Assembly: GCA_964398865.1 (NCBI GenBank)
Contig: CAYNOO010000001.1
Location: forward strand, 43,661 to 107,660
From: an uncultured Candidatus Saccharibacteria bacterium
GTDB taxonomy: Bacteria; Patescibacteriota; Minisyncoccia; Phycocordibacterales; Phycocordibacteraceae
Length of the DNA: 64,000 nt
Direction of reading: 5' to 3'
Positions within the stretch are counted from its first letter, which is position 1, and every line of letters starts with the position of its first letter. The position numbers and the translations under genes were made by a program. The notes beneath the pieces are model-generated. The model ran no database searches. It saw only the letters and a list, made by a program, of their open reading frames with translations, and had not been told where the DNA came from. Below are positions 44,729-54,802 of this stretch, one piece after another.

Positions 44729-45400
44729 TTATTCAACAGGAGCGGGTTGTTCCATAACGATAGGTTTTTCTAATTCTCCTGGATTGAACTCTCTGTAGAG
44801 AAGCTCTATCACTTCTTCGGTGCCAAGAGGAACCGTCCGTACACCAGTGCGAGCGAGTCCTTGCTCCACTGTTCCCATTCTTTGTTCTAGTTGGGTGCGA
44901 TGTTCTTCGAAACCAATAGTGCTTTCGTCGCGCGACGAGAGATTTGTTTTTCCGAAAATTTTGTTCTGCACCGCTTTCTTTACATCCAGCATCGGCGGCG
45001 AGTACGGAATAACGATGAAAAAATGCTTGCTCATAATATTTGCGCGTTCGATGAACGTCTTTATAAATTCTATATATTCACGCACCTGTATTTTCATTAG
45101 CTCTTCTGTCTGCGCCTTTAGACGTTCATCGAGAAGCGCGATGTAGGGTCGTATATCCAATTTTCTGGACTGCACGAAAAACTGAACGCTAAAATCTAGT
45201 GAATTCATAAAACTCTGGAACTGGGCGAGGATAGCATTCTGCTCGTCCTCGGATTTGAGTGCAAAGTTGATGGATGATGCAAGCATTACCCCTACGAGCG
45301 TGCCGCTTTTCATCACCATCACTCCCCCACGGACTTCTTTCACTGGAACGAAATCCTGCGCCGCCTTTGTTTTTTTTGTCTTCTCATCTCCTCCAGCCAT
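44729..45400 (-). CDS. VirB4-associated protein (TraC N-terminal / TrsD-like)
   Basis: SINFALKS.DEQ.AI...FQ.F.NSLDF..Q, FF.VIPY; sits between prgI and virB4. Confidence 0.7.
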   Translation of the reverse strand: MAGGDEKTKKTKAAQDFVPVKEVRGGVMVMKSGTLVGVMLASSINFALKSEDEQNAILAQFQSFMNSLDFSVQFFVQSRKLDIRPYIALLDERLKAQTEELMKIQVREYIEFIKTFIERANIMSKHFFIVIPYSPPMLDVKKAVQNKIFGKTNLSSRDESTIGFEEHRTQLEQRMGTVEQGLARTGVRTVPLGTEEVIELLYREFNPGELEKPIVMEQPAPVE

Positions 45401-45418
45401 AGATATAGGTTTTAGGTG

Positions 45419-45790
45419 TCAGGTCCCAGCTTTCAGGGAAGAAAGTAATTTTGAAAGCATCATTCTTATCTCAAGAATTAAACGCCCTGCTTCATTATAG
45501 TCTGCTTTCTGAGCGTAGAAGAGATCCTCGGCAATGATTAACTGGGTATCTAGTTCCGCTAAAGATCCAAGTGCAAAATATAGGAATTGAATAAAATCTT
45601 TCTTGCTTCGTCTACCTCTACCTTCTGCGATATTTGAGGGCACAGAAACCGCGGCTCTTTGCATTTGTGATGCAAGACCATACCATTCTTCCGGAGGAAA
45701 TTTTTTTGATATTCTGTAAATATGTGAAACTAGGGTAATGCTTTTTTGCCAAACAATCAGATCTTTATATGACTTTATGTTCCTATCCAT
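45419..45790 (-). CDS. four-helix-bundle protein (23S rRNA IVP / bAvd-like family)
   Basis: SYKDL.VWQKS, FP.EE.YGL.SQ..RAAVS.PSNIAEG, F.QFL..A.GS..EL.TQL. Confidence 0.93.
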   Translation of the reverse strand: MDRNIKSYKDLIVWQKSITLVSHIYRISKKFPPEEWYGLASQMQRAAVSVPSNIAEGRGRRSKKDFIQFLYFALGSLAELDTQLIIAEDLFYAQKADYNEAGRLILEIRMMLSKLLSSLKAGT

Positions 45791-45828
45791 CTTCTTCAAC
45801 CTGACACCTGAAAGCGGAAACCTGAAAC

Positions 45829-46266
45829 CTATTGTTGCTTTTTATCCGAATACACACTCTCTTTGATGTCTAAACTCCACGCTAAGTCTTTTATTTTGTT
45901 TGCTGTTGCTGACGGGACGTACTTTGCCGGATCTTCAGCTTGCGTTTGCCCAGGGAGCATAATTTCTTCAGGGAGCACGGTTTTTGATTGTTTCTTTTCC
46001 CAGATGTAGAGTTTGGTGCGAAAAAGATACTGAAAGCCGGACTCAAGGGCGTTAACAAGCGGTCGATCGTTAATTTTATAGAACGCAAGAGCTGCGCCTA
46101 AAAGTGCGACAGGTCCGCCAATAAGTACCGCAATCCAGTGTGGTGCTATAAGCCATAAAGCAACCAAAAACCCGCCTCCTCCAACCAAGTACACGAATTG
46201 CACTGCAGTGAGAGGACCAAAAATTTTATCTTCAACCTCGACAAATTGCGGTACTTGAAATTGCAT
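45829..46266 (-). CDS. PrgI family (VirB3-like) membrane protein
   Basis: MQFQVPQF.E.EDKIFGPLT..QF, two TM, F.KIN.RP. Confidence 0.88.
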   Translation of the reverse strand: MQFQVPQFVEVEDKIFGPLTAVQFVYLVGGGGFLVALWLIAPHWIAVLIGGPVALLGAALAFYKINDRPLVNALESGFQYLFRTKLYIWEKKQSKTVLPEEIMLPGQTQAEDPAKYVPSATANKIKDLAWSLDIKESVYSDKKQQ

Positions 46267-46268
46267 AG

Positions 46269-47060
46269 TTATTCAACAGGTTCTCGATAGGGATCAACCC
46301 CTCCTTTATATGCGGGTTTTGAAGGCGGGGGTGTTGTAGATAGTTGTTTTGACTCGACCTCTGCCGTTTCAGGCTGGATTTCTACGGTAGGGTTGGAAGT
46401 AGTTTGTGTTTGAGATGGTACACCGAGTTTTTGCTCCACTATGCTCGGGATAGTCTGATCTCCTAGGACAGTAGAATCGGATGCTTCCTCTATGTCCACG
46501 TCGTCTTCGTCGGTTTCTGGGATAATCGGGTCCTTTTTCGCTTGTTCCAATGCGAATGCCAACTCCTTCTTGTTTTCCTCGTCCCTCTTTGCGGCTTCCG
46601 CTCGATCCTTTTCGTATTCTGCCAACAATCTCGGATCATCATCTGGCATATTTTCTATCTCTTTGCGTCTTACCTCCTCGGCGCGCTCTTCTTCCGAGAG
46701 TTCCGGCTCCGAGGGCTTTTCGGTCCATACGCTCGGCTCGGGTATATTTTCCTTGACGCGACGAGACGCTTCCTTGAAGACACGATCATTGATATCGGCA
46801 ACGAGTTCCCGCGCCCCCTGATTGGATAGTTCATGCATCGCTTGGTGCAAGTTTGTTTCGAGCGCAGACTCGCTTTCAAGACCCAACAAAGTCAGGTTTG
46901 CGATCTCGGTGAAGAGAAGCAGTTGTCGTAAGTTCAGAGCATGTTTTTTCTGTATGCCGATATAGATATTCGTCAGCGACGTGGAACCTAAAAAATCATA
47001 AAGCGGCTTCGGCAACTTCTTTTTTGCTTCCTCTCTTTCTCCCTGCGTGTGCGATTTCAT
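46269..47060 (-). CDS. hypothetical protein with acidic disordered region
   Basis: In-operon ORF ending in DPYREPVE. Confidence 0.65.
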   Translation of the reverse strand: MKSHTQGEREEAKKKLPKPLYDFLGSTSLTNIYIGIQKKHALNLRQLLLFTEIANLTLLGLESESALETNLHQAMHELSNQGARELVADINDRVFKEASRRVKENIPEPSVWTEKPSEPELSEEERAEEVRRKEIENMPDDDPRLLAEYEKDRAEAAKRDEENKKELAFALEQAKKDPIIPETDEDDVDIEEASDSTVLGDQTIPSIVEQKLGVPSQTQTTSNPTVEIQPETAEVESKQLSTTPPPSKPAYKGGVDPYREPVE

Positions 47061-47074
47061 ATGCTATTTCTGAT

Positions 47075-50000
47075 TTAAACTGGATTTTCCCATGACCTTA
47101 CCATGCGCGCTATGTCCCCTGTCAGTTTCCCGCGCCTATCAAGCTCTTTGAAGCCGGCGATTATGCTTCGTCTCATATCAGCGTTGCTGCCGTACCTCTC
47201 GAGTATTTTCAATACTGTTGAAGGTCTTTTTATTCCCGGGAGTGCCAGCGTGATGATTCTTGGCGGCAGCGTCACTATCTGATCGTCAGTCCAATCGCTC
47301 ATATATGACTCGGCTTTTCGTATCTGCTCTTCTGAGTAAGGGACGTTTCGGTCAAAACTGTTGAAGTAATCTTCAGGAGAGAGAGTAGGTTCGGGAGCCG
47401 CTTGCGTTGGGGCCGCTTGCGTCGTCACGGTGGGGGCTTCGGCTACAGGGGCTTCATCTGTGGGGGCGACTGAATAGTCATTGCTGCTGCTGCCCGGGTC
47501 AATCGGAACACCGCCTCTATTTCGTTCTGCCGCTTCCGCCTCTGCAATATCTGCCGCCTGCCTCTCGGTGAAGGTGGTATCCGTATCCACACCACCGTCT
47601 TCAAACGGTTCCGGTGCGGAGAAATCTGAGGGCGGGACGAACCCAGGAACGTTTACTGGCTCTGGGGCGCTTGGTGTCGGTCCCCGTGGACCGCCGCCGC
47701 CTGGTGTGAAGGTCGGACCCCCTCCGCCCCCGGGACCTCTCCCTGTAGGTGGTTCAGGGGTTTCTCCGCCGAAGCTTGCGGTGATTGCCTCTTCCGAGAA
47801 GACTTCAGGTAATGGGGCTTTGTTCATCGCCTGACGCCACAAGTTAATGCGTCGGATACGCTCGGGGGTTGGCCAACCGAAAATGCTTTTCATATGTTCA
47901 TTGCCAGCGTAGTTGGCGATCATCGAATCATCTCCGCGAGTAAGGAGTTGGGCAAAGAATTCCTGCCTCTCGGCGATGTCTTGTCCCTCGAGCGATTGCA
48001 GCTGATCGGCGTCGACGCCGATCGGGGTGTTCGTCGACCACCATGTTCGGTTGTTGAATATCGCCTTGATTTCGCGCGGATTTTTTCCTCGGTAGTAACC
48101 GCGGGTAGCTTCCTCGGTTTGGACGAATCTGTGTATCGCGAAGTTCGCAGGGTCTTGGAGAAACGCTTCTCTTGTTGCGGGGTCATCTAGCGTACCGTTT
48201 CGCTGAGCCTCAAGGTATCTGTTTTTCGCCTCCGTCATCACCTGTAATCTCTTTGCATCCCGCAGCTCCTCTCTCTTTATGCCTTTCGCTTCGTATTCTC
48301 GGTACTCCGCTTCGTTGATGTTCGCAATCCTCCTATCCACTTCGCTTTGGAGGGGATTAAAACCCTCCTTCTGTGCGGCTATCACCATTTTGGCGTAGCG
48401 CTGATTACTTTCCGCGAGTCTCAAGTCACTTTGGCTTACGGAATTCGGATCAAACCTCGCTTTATTTATTAGTCTCTGCGTTTTACCGTTTTCGTTAAGT
48501 GTTTCTTCCGCCCACTTCACGGCTCTTTCTGCTCCGTGATAGTTGACTGTGCCATCCTCATATGGGAGGTGGTCTCTACTTTGCAAGCCAAACAACATAT
48601 AAGCACCTGCTTGCTGGTCGCGCACCCTATCGAGCGGTCTTCTTTTTTCAGAGCCGAAGTCACGCTGCTCTGTCGTTGGAAGAAGTTTTTTATCTTTGAT
48701 GTCTGCGAATACACTGCTCGAGAATACTTGAGGAAATACCGCTAGCTTACGCAGATCTTGGAATCTTTCTCCGGTCGACTCATCAAAGACAGCATCTGAA
48801 AGCAAGAGATCTTGCATCTCGTCACTCGTCGGGATGTTTTTCTTTTGGTCGTTGAATAGGGCGAGCGTGTTTGCACCATATACTTCTCCCCCCTCCAAGA
48901 ATTCACCACTATCCACGTTTCTTTGGATATTTCTGACATTTTGAGCCCACACACCGTAACGAGACTTGATCATCGCGTTCTTTATGTCGCGTCTGATTTT
49001 GGGATCCTTTCTAACTTCCAACCATTGGCTGTTAGGAAGGATTTTAGCAAGCTTGATTATTGATTTCGGATCTTTGTCGTATTCTCGTTCCCAGAATCCA
49101 GAGGAAATGCTTGCATAGATTGCTTCTGCATCGGTACGACTCTTTCTGTAAGAATTTTTACCATCCAGTTTTGCAGCGTCCATCCTTTCGTGGTATGCCC
49201 ATTTGTCTTCCCCTGCGCCCTCATCAGGGTTAGCATTCTCGAGGTCCGTTAGTCGCCCTCTTTCTTTAGCGGTAAGCGTGCCAGCAAGCCCTTTTGCTTT
49301 GAGGTCGTCTAGCTCGCCTTTGAATAGATGTTTCCTGCCAAGTTCCCCCCGCGACTCTTGCCTGTCCCAGAACTCACTCCATGTCTCAAGACGACCTTCT
49401 CTGTTGACCTTCCCTTCAGTGTTTAACTTCTCAAGATTCTGCAATTCAGCTTTCTCGTGCGCCAGGAGAGCCCCACTTTTCGCTTTGGTGCGTAGTTCCT
49501 CTAATCGGTCCTGACCAATCCTCAGTCGTTCGTTTCCGGCCGCGTATTCGGCGGAAAATGCGTTTTCCATGCGATCCATTTTTCCAAGAGCGCCACCTTC
49601 TCGCTTGCGTTCATCCAACTCTTCCATCTTTTTTTTCTCATCTACCGTAAGTTTTTTCCCAAGTTCCGCGAGTCGCGCAACTTCTCTCGCGGTGAGAGTC
49701 TTTGGGTCTTTTTTCCGAAGTTCATCTAGTTCGTTTTGTTCCGCAGCCGTAAGGATTCCTGCCCCCGCTTTCTTCTTAAGCGCTTTGTACAGCTTCTTTT
49801 CGTCGCGCGTCCAGGTTCCGTTTAGTTCCGCTCTTTGTTTCTCATCTTTTTCCACTTCGCCCAATTCGACTTCACGAGCTTTTCGTTTCTCCTTTACGGA
49901 ACCGTAATCATCGAAACCAAAGAACTTCTGACCTTTTGCTTGGGCCAGCCGTTCTTGCGCCCATCTGTCGCCCGCCCGCAACATTGCTCCTAAAACAGGG

Positions 50001-51379
50001 GTCTTGTTTTGGTCAAAACGATTTCGCGCTGCCCATTCTCTGTATCGAGGGGCCAACCAGTCCGCGGTGCCTCCTATAGCCTGCCGTGCTGCAATCGCCC
50101 CAGTGAATTTCAATCCTGTCGTATACGCTTTCGGCATCCAGCCTGTGAGTTGGTTGGATGCCTTGTATATGTCGGCGAACTGTTTTGCTCGCTCACTCAA
50201 GTCTTTTGCTACTTTAAGCGACTGCAACATGAATATTGCGGCGACAATGAAGGTAAGCATCAATCCGATGATACTTTCGGCGCTCGCTGTTGCGCTAAAG
50301 ATTGCGTCTTTTGAGCTTCGTATGATGGTGAAAGAAAAACCCACAAGAAGAAAATAGACAGGGGCAAAAAATGCCTGGCTGAAAAGCGCCTCCCACCACT
50401 CTTTTGCATACTTGCTTGTGGTGGGAAGCATAAAAGCGACTATGCCAACAGGCGACGTAATAAGAACCAAGATAAGCGCAACAAATCGACCAACTAAAAG
50501 AGAGATTGCAGATAAGAAGATGAAAATGGTGACTAATTCAAATATCAAAAGCAGAATGTCGAACACCAGTTTGTTCAACATTCCGTCATTGCTTACCACC
50601 TTCACCCCTTCTGAGGTCGCGCTGATTGATGTCCAGTTGTTCATCAGAGTGCCTTCGTTGTCTCGGAGTCCTTGGATGTTTACGAGTCCCATGAAGGTGC
50701 TCGCGAGGTTACATTTATTGTTATCCGCGCAATCTTTATCTGCTGAAATGACACTCTGGTAGATTTTGGTAGCGAGAAAATTGGAAGAATCTATGACTGC
50801 GCCAGCGAAGAAGTAGCTGAAATTTACTAAAATTGCACCAATAATGAGCTTCGCCAGTACGTTCTTAGCGTTTACATTCTTGAGGTGAAGAATGGTGCCG
50901 ATGGCTATAGCAACGAGCCCACCGATGATGGCGATGTTCGCAAGGTCGCGCATTATTCCCCAAGCGGTGCGAACTCCTTGCGCTGATGAGGATGTCACGT
51001 AGCGTCCCATTTGCACGACCATTTGGTCTATCACAAAGTTGAAAAATGAACCCAAGATCGCTAGGAAAAAAGTGACTATGCGGATTAGTATTTCAAAGAT
51101 AAACGCAATGACATTCAGAATGGTGTTTCCTAGTGCTCCGAGAACTGCATCTATTGCCATGCTCCCGATTTGTCCTTGGTTCTCGTTGTATGTCTGCGCT
51201 GCCTCTGCGTTCGCTGCCGCCATCTCTGGGGCCACTGTTGCAAGACCGCCTGGTGATCCTTGGTCCCCCCCAGTATTATCAAGAGCAAAAGCCGCTCCCG
51301 TAGGTACCATTACCCCCGCGAGTGCAACGAGTATAGAGAGGATAACGAAAACTTTTCTCATGCTTAATATTGCTGACAC
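47075..51379 (-). CDS. giant VirB6/TrbL-like membrane protein (1434 aa)
   Basis: N-terminal multi-TM region (W...RD.AN, A.LVNFS, R...L..VL..SP, WW..L) then about 1000 aa of helical/low-complexity sequence. Confidence 0.75.
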   Translation of the reverse strand: MSAILSMRKVFVILSILVALAGVMVPTGAAFALDNTGGDQGSPGGLATVAPEMAAANAEAAQTYNENQGQIGSMAIDAVLGALGNTILNVIAFIFEILIRIVTFFLAILGSFFNFVIDQMVVQMGRYVTSSSAQGVRTAWGIMRDLANIAIIGGLVAIAIGTILHLKNVNAKNVLAKLIIGAILVNFSYFFAGAVIDSSNFLATKIYQSVISADKDCADNNKCNLASTFMGLVNIQGLRDNEGTLMNNWTSISATSEGVKVVSNDGMLNKLVFDILLLIFELVTIFIFLSAISLLVGRFVALILVLITSPVGIVAFMLPTTSKYAKEWWEALFSQAFFAPVYFLLVGFSFTIIRSSKDAIFSATASAESIIGLMLTFIVAAIFMLQSLKVAKDLSERAKQFADIYKASNQLTGWMPKAYTTGLKFTGAIAARQAIGGTADWLAPRYREWAARNRFDQNKTPVLGAMLRAGDRWAQERLAQAKGQKFFGFDDYGSVKEKRKAREVELGEVEKDEKQRAELNGTWTRDEKKLYKALKKKAGAGILTAAEQNELDELRKKDPKTLTAREVARLAELGKKLTVDEKKKMEELDERKREGGALGKMDRMENAFSAEYAAGNERLRIGQDRLEELRTKAKSGALLAHEKAELQNLEKLNTEGKVNREGRLETWSEFWDRQESRGELGRKHLFKGELDDLKAKGLAGTLTAKERGRLTDLENANPDEGAGEDKWAYHERMDAAKLDGKNSYRKSRTDAEAIYASISSGFWEREYDKDPKSIIKLAKILPNSQWLEVRKDPKIRRDIKNAMIKSRYGVWAQNVRNIQRNVDSGEFLEGGEVYGANTLALFNDQKKNIPTSDEMQDLLLSDAVFDESTGERFQDLRKLAVFPQVFSSSVFADIKDKKLLPTTEQRDFGSEKRRPLDRVRDQQAGAYMLFGLQSRDHLPYEDGTVNYHGAERAVKWAEETLNENGKTQRLINKARFDPNSVSQSDLRLAESNQRYAKMVIAAQKEGFNPLQSEVDRRIANINEAEYREYEAKGIKREELRDAKRLQVMTEAKNRYLEAQRNGTLDDPATREAFLQDPANFAIHRFVQTEEATRGYYRGKNPREIKAIFNNRTWWSTNTPIGVDADQLQSLEGQDIAERQEFFAQLLTRGDDSMIANYAGNEHMKSIFGWPTPERIRRINLWRQAMNKAPLPEVFSEEAITASFGGETPEPPTGRGPGGGGGPTFTPGGGGPRGPTPSAPEPVNVPGFVPPSDFSAPEPFEDGGVDTDTTFTERQAADIAEAEAAERNRGGVPIDPGSSSNDYSVAPTDEAPVAEAPTVTTQAAPTQAAPEPTLSPEDYFNSFDRNVPYSEEQIRKAESYMSDWTDDQIVTLPPRIITLALPGIKRPSTVLKILERYGSNADMRRSIIAGFKELDRRGKLTGDIARMVRSWENPV

Positions 51380-53304
51380 TGAATGAGCGCTGTATTCGCT
51401 TCCGTTGTCATTCCATCAAGAAGTGTTTTTGACGCGTCACGATCGTTATCGAGCGCGGCAAGGTCAGATTGGGTGTGGATTGTGCCGTATGCGCCAAATT
51501 CGCTATATGCTTGAGCAAGAGAATTTATTTCGGCAGATGTAGCTGCGTTTTCGATTTGAGTCTGTAGCGATTCAAGAGATGCAGATGTTGTTTGTGAATT
51601 ATCGAATGCGATTGATTGCAAGGCTATTTGGGGTGCGATGACAGTTTGTACTGTCGAAGACGCCTGATTGAACTGTATCGTTGCCCCCGCGACATCGATA
51701 CCAACTCCCCCTCCTTGCCCAATGAGGGTTTGGTAGCAAGCTTGCACCGCGGAGTAAGCGCTTTTTGTGCTTTCCAGATTGAAGAGCATAGCGGCAAGAG
51801 TGACTTGGTATGCATATTCAATTTCAAGAGCATCGTTCACACTGTTGCGAAGGGTAGTTTGTGCTTGCGAAATGAGCGCACCCTGACTATTCCCCGCCAC
51901 GCTATCCAAGTACGAACCTTGCCCGGTCGAACTCTTTTGAGAAAGTCCACTCAAACCTTTAAGGCTCGTGAACGCTTGCTGCGCAAGTTGCGCGAAGAGC
52001 GAATCAACCAAGTCTCCAATCTCACTTGCACGTGCCTGCTGTTCATACCCAGCTCTGACTCCTGTTTGGAGCGTGTCATTTGCAACAGTTGCAGGTCCGA
52101 CGATTCTGTATCGTACGCACTGCTGAAGCGGTTTCCCTGATCCGCCCGGATCAAGACACTCTATTTTTGGTAGAATGCCCTCAGCCTGCTGGTTGAGTTG
52201 TTGTTGTTCAGTGAGTCTACTTGCTATACTCGTGCGCTCTTGCCCTGTTGCTGCTAATGAAGCTCCTACTGGCGTGCATTGTGGGTGATACACCAACGTG
52301 TTCATGAGCATCGCGAAGCCTCCTTTAGAAAAATCCTTTAAGAACTCATCCGTTCCTTGCACCGGGCATCTCAGCGAGGATTGTGTGTCGGCTTGATATT
52401 GATCATTAACTTGACGCTGCACTCCGGGTAAGAGCTTGGGGTCAAGCCCGCTGTTAGGGAGAACGTTCTTTATAAAATCCATGTGTATTGCATCACTCAA
52501 TATCGCGTTGTCGTTCGCGAGATTTTGGGAATAGATTGGAAGACCGCCGTTTCCCGTATTTGAATCGGCAATGACGGTTTTGGAGAAGTCCGCAGCAAAT
52601 GCATGACTCGTTTGTCGAACTAAAACATTTTGAACGCAGGTAACGTCAAGCTGTGTATCCTGATCAGTTTGTATCTTTTGCGTGTTTCCTTGAATTCTTT
52701 GTGAAGTGCTTCGCACCTGAGCATCATTAACCGGCACTTCGCTCCCACCGAGCGCGCCAGTCACCACCCCTAAAGGACCGCCCGTAACGCTCCCAAGAGT
52801 ACTACCCAAGTTACCTCCGAGGAGGTTTCCAAGAGACCCGCTGATGTTTCCGCCGCCGAGCAAGTTGCCGGCTATATTTCCCAAGCTGGAGCCGTTGAGG
52901 ATGCTGCCAATGTTTCCGTTGCCGCTAAGTAAGCTAGAAATAATCTGACCCGCCTGACTTCCTCCGGTGATGGTGCCAATGACCCCGCTTATATTCCCTC
53001 CTTGGATACTACTTAAAAGAGAACTGATATTGAATCCTTGAGGAAGCTGTCCGAACATGCTTGAACCGATACCTCCGAGCGATCCTCGCGCATCTGATTT
53101 ACAGCCTGCAACCTCTCCACTCTTGGTGCCGCTCGTAAGATCAGAGAGTGGGGTTACCGTATCCAAATTTAAAGTTTCTTGAGGGAGAGGTGTGATTGGT
53201 CCTAAGTCATCAAAAGGAAGAGCTGTGATGACATCATCAGCATGTGTTACTGCTGGCAACGTAGTTACGAGAATCAGGGCGAAGATTAAGAAAATGTTTT
53301 TCAT
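51364..53304 (-). CDS. secreted Gly-rich / coiled-coil hypothetical protein in the T4SS-like cluster
   Basis: Signal peptide ending THA, GxxxG-rich repeat stretch, EVPVND, paired Cys, Q/A-rich helices. Confidence 0.7.
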   Translation of the reverse strand: MKNIFLIFALILVTTLPAVTHADDVITALPFDDLGPITPLPQETLNLDTVTPLSDLTSGTKSGEVAGCKSDARGSLGGIGSSMFGQLPQGFNISSLLSSIQGGNISGVIGTITGGSQAGQIISSLLSGNGNIGSILNGSSLGNIAGNLLGGGNISGSLGNLLGGNLGSTLGSVTGGPLGVVTGALGGSEVPVNDAQVRSTSQRIQGNTQKIQTDQDTQLDVTCVQNVLVRQTSHAFAADFSKTVIADSNTGNGGLPIYSQNLANDNAILSDAIHMDFIKNVLPNSGLDPKLLPGVQRQVNDQYQADTQSSLRCPVQGTDEFLKDFSKGGFAMLMNTLVYHPQCTPVGASLAATGQERTSIASRLTEQQQLNQQAEGILPKIECLDPGGSGKPLQQCVRYRIVGPATVANDTLQTGVRAGYEQQARASEIGDLVDSLFAQLAQQAFTSLKGLSGLSQKSSTGQGSYLDSVAGNSQGALISQAQTTLRNSVNDALEIEYAYQVTLAAMLFNLESTKSAYSAVQACYQTLIGQGGGVGIDVAGATIQFNQASSTVQTVIAPQIALQSIAFDNSQTTSASLESLQTQIENAATSAEINSLAQAYSEFGAYGTIHTQSDLAALDNDRDASKTLLDGMTTEANTALIQCQQY

Positions 53305-54083
53305 GTTTTCTTTTGAAGTGTTGTGATGCTTGCCAAGAGAACCTCCATGCTGTTTGTAACGTAACTTTGTGCTTTGTTGAATGTGTCCACGTCAGAGAGA
53401 GCTACTATGGGGTCACCTTTCCAGCGCGCCATGTTCTCAACTGCTTTTGCTAACGCACCGACACTCTTCACTGCCTCTAAGTGTTGTGGTGCGAGTTTTG
53501 CGGGCACTTCCATTACTAAAAGCGACGCGGCAATTTTTTTGTACAAGTCAGCAGTTTTTTGAAGTTCAGGCGTTCCGTTCGCGTTGTTATTTATGACGCT
53601 CTCGGTGAAGAGTGTGACTTCATATTTTTTTACTGTGCTTGCTTGGCTTACGATGACCGTTAAGAGCTTCACGTACGTATCCAATGATGTTTCATCGTTC
53701 ACATTCAAATCATTGAGTGTGATTATCGGCACTATTGCGGGATTTGAAACATGTTTTTTTGTTAGCTCAGCAAGCATGGCGTCCCTTTCCGCTGCAGTGA
53801 ATGTGCCACTTTGAGTCAGGTCAATATAGTTATTGTAGAGATCTAGAGAAAGCGCCTCCGTGACATTGTCAGAGGGAGAACCAGGAGCAGAGCTTGAAAC
53901 TTCACGCCAATCTTTGAGTGTTACTCCGCTCGGTAGCGAGTTTCCTTTGGGCTGATTTTGGAAATAATAGAAAGAGGCAGCTCCTATTACGACAAGCGCA
54001 AATATCACTGCGAAAAAAGACCCCCCCCATTTATTTCGGGCTTCCATTCTGCTCATAAGTATAACCTTACATATAAAGGACAT
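53301..54083 (-). CDS. hypothetical membrane-anchored protein
   Basis: Single N-terminal TM then helical domain (L.M.VP..LA..HL); true start may be ATG 54056. Confidence 0.65.
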   Translation of the reverse strand: MSFICKVILMSRMEARNKWGGSFFAVIFALVVIGAASFYYFQNQPKGNSLPSGVTLKDWREVSSSAPGSPSDNVTEALSLDLYNNYIDLTQSGTFTAAERDAMLAELTKKHVSNPAIVPIITLNDLNVNDETSLDTYVKLLTVIVSQASTVKKYEVTLFTESVINNNANGTPELQKTADLYKKIAASLLVMEVPAKLAPQHLEAVKSVGALAKAVENMARWKGDPIVALSDVDTFNKAQSYVTNSMEVLLASITTLQKKT

Positions 54084-54194
54084 AGTCCTTTATATGTCTT
54101 TATGGGGATTAGCGGAGATACTATTTAAAATAAAAAAACACCTGTGATTTTAAACAGGTGCTTTCCCTAGCCGAATCAAATTTATTAGGAGTTT

Positions 54195-54383
54195 TTAGTG
54201 TCTACGTCCGAATGTTTTGTTCCAGACCCCCTTTCCTACCATCCATACTACTAAAGCGTCCAGCGCAAGACCGAGAGCCTCTCTGTTTTCTTGAAGAAGT
54301 TTCCCGGCGCTTTCAGTAACTTCACCTGTCCCCCCAACGAATGCCGGACCCAAGGAGCCCGCAGCCTCTATTAATTGCATCAT
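54195..54383 (-). CDS. small hypothetical protein
   Basis: 62-aa ORF in AT-rich surroundings, C-terminal hydrophobic helix, followed by hairpin 54138-54161. Confidence 0.45.
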   Translation of the reverse strand: MMQLIEAAGSLGPAFVGGTGEVTESAGKLLQENREALGLALDALVVWMVGKGVWNKTFGRRH

Positions 54384-54509
54384 ATGATTTCTAAGTAATT
54401 TTTATTAAATAACTCATTCCCAGCGCTCTATATGGCTAGCGTGAAGATTACGTGAGAATATTCACACCCTACCTCATAAAATACAAAAGTCAAGTTTTCG
54501 CCTCTTTTC

Positions 54510-54719
54510 TTAGCGCAAAGGAGCGTCTTGTCGTAAAAAAGCCTTATAATCAGGCATTTTTTCCTTAGCGGAGAAATGCGGAGCGGATTCTTGGTTCGCT
54601 TCAGGGTTTGAGGAGGCATATCCTAAAAATGCAGCTGCAGCCAGTGCTCCAAGCCCTATTAAAGTTGCTTTACGGGGATTTTTTACTACGTGGTTCCAAC
54701 AATTTTCTATTCCACTCAT
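54510..54719 (-). CDS. small hypothetical single-TM protein
   Basis: 69-aa ORF with TM segment; TATACT box upstream. Confidence 0.45.
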   Translation of the reverse strand: MSGIENCWNHVVKNPRKATLIGLGALAAAAFLGYASSNPEANQESAPHFSAKEKMPDYKAFLRQDAPLR

Positions 54720-54802
54720 ATTTATTGAAAGGAGTATACCCTAAAAACAAAAAATAGTGACAAAATAAAGCATACTCTAATACGGCGAGCTATAGTGTGG
54801 GA

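Noticed and set aside
45419-45790. Diversity-generating retroelement (Avd-like gene)
   Set aside because: No reverse transcriptase or TR/VR repeat pair was seen in the window
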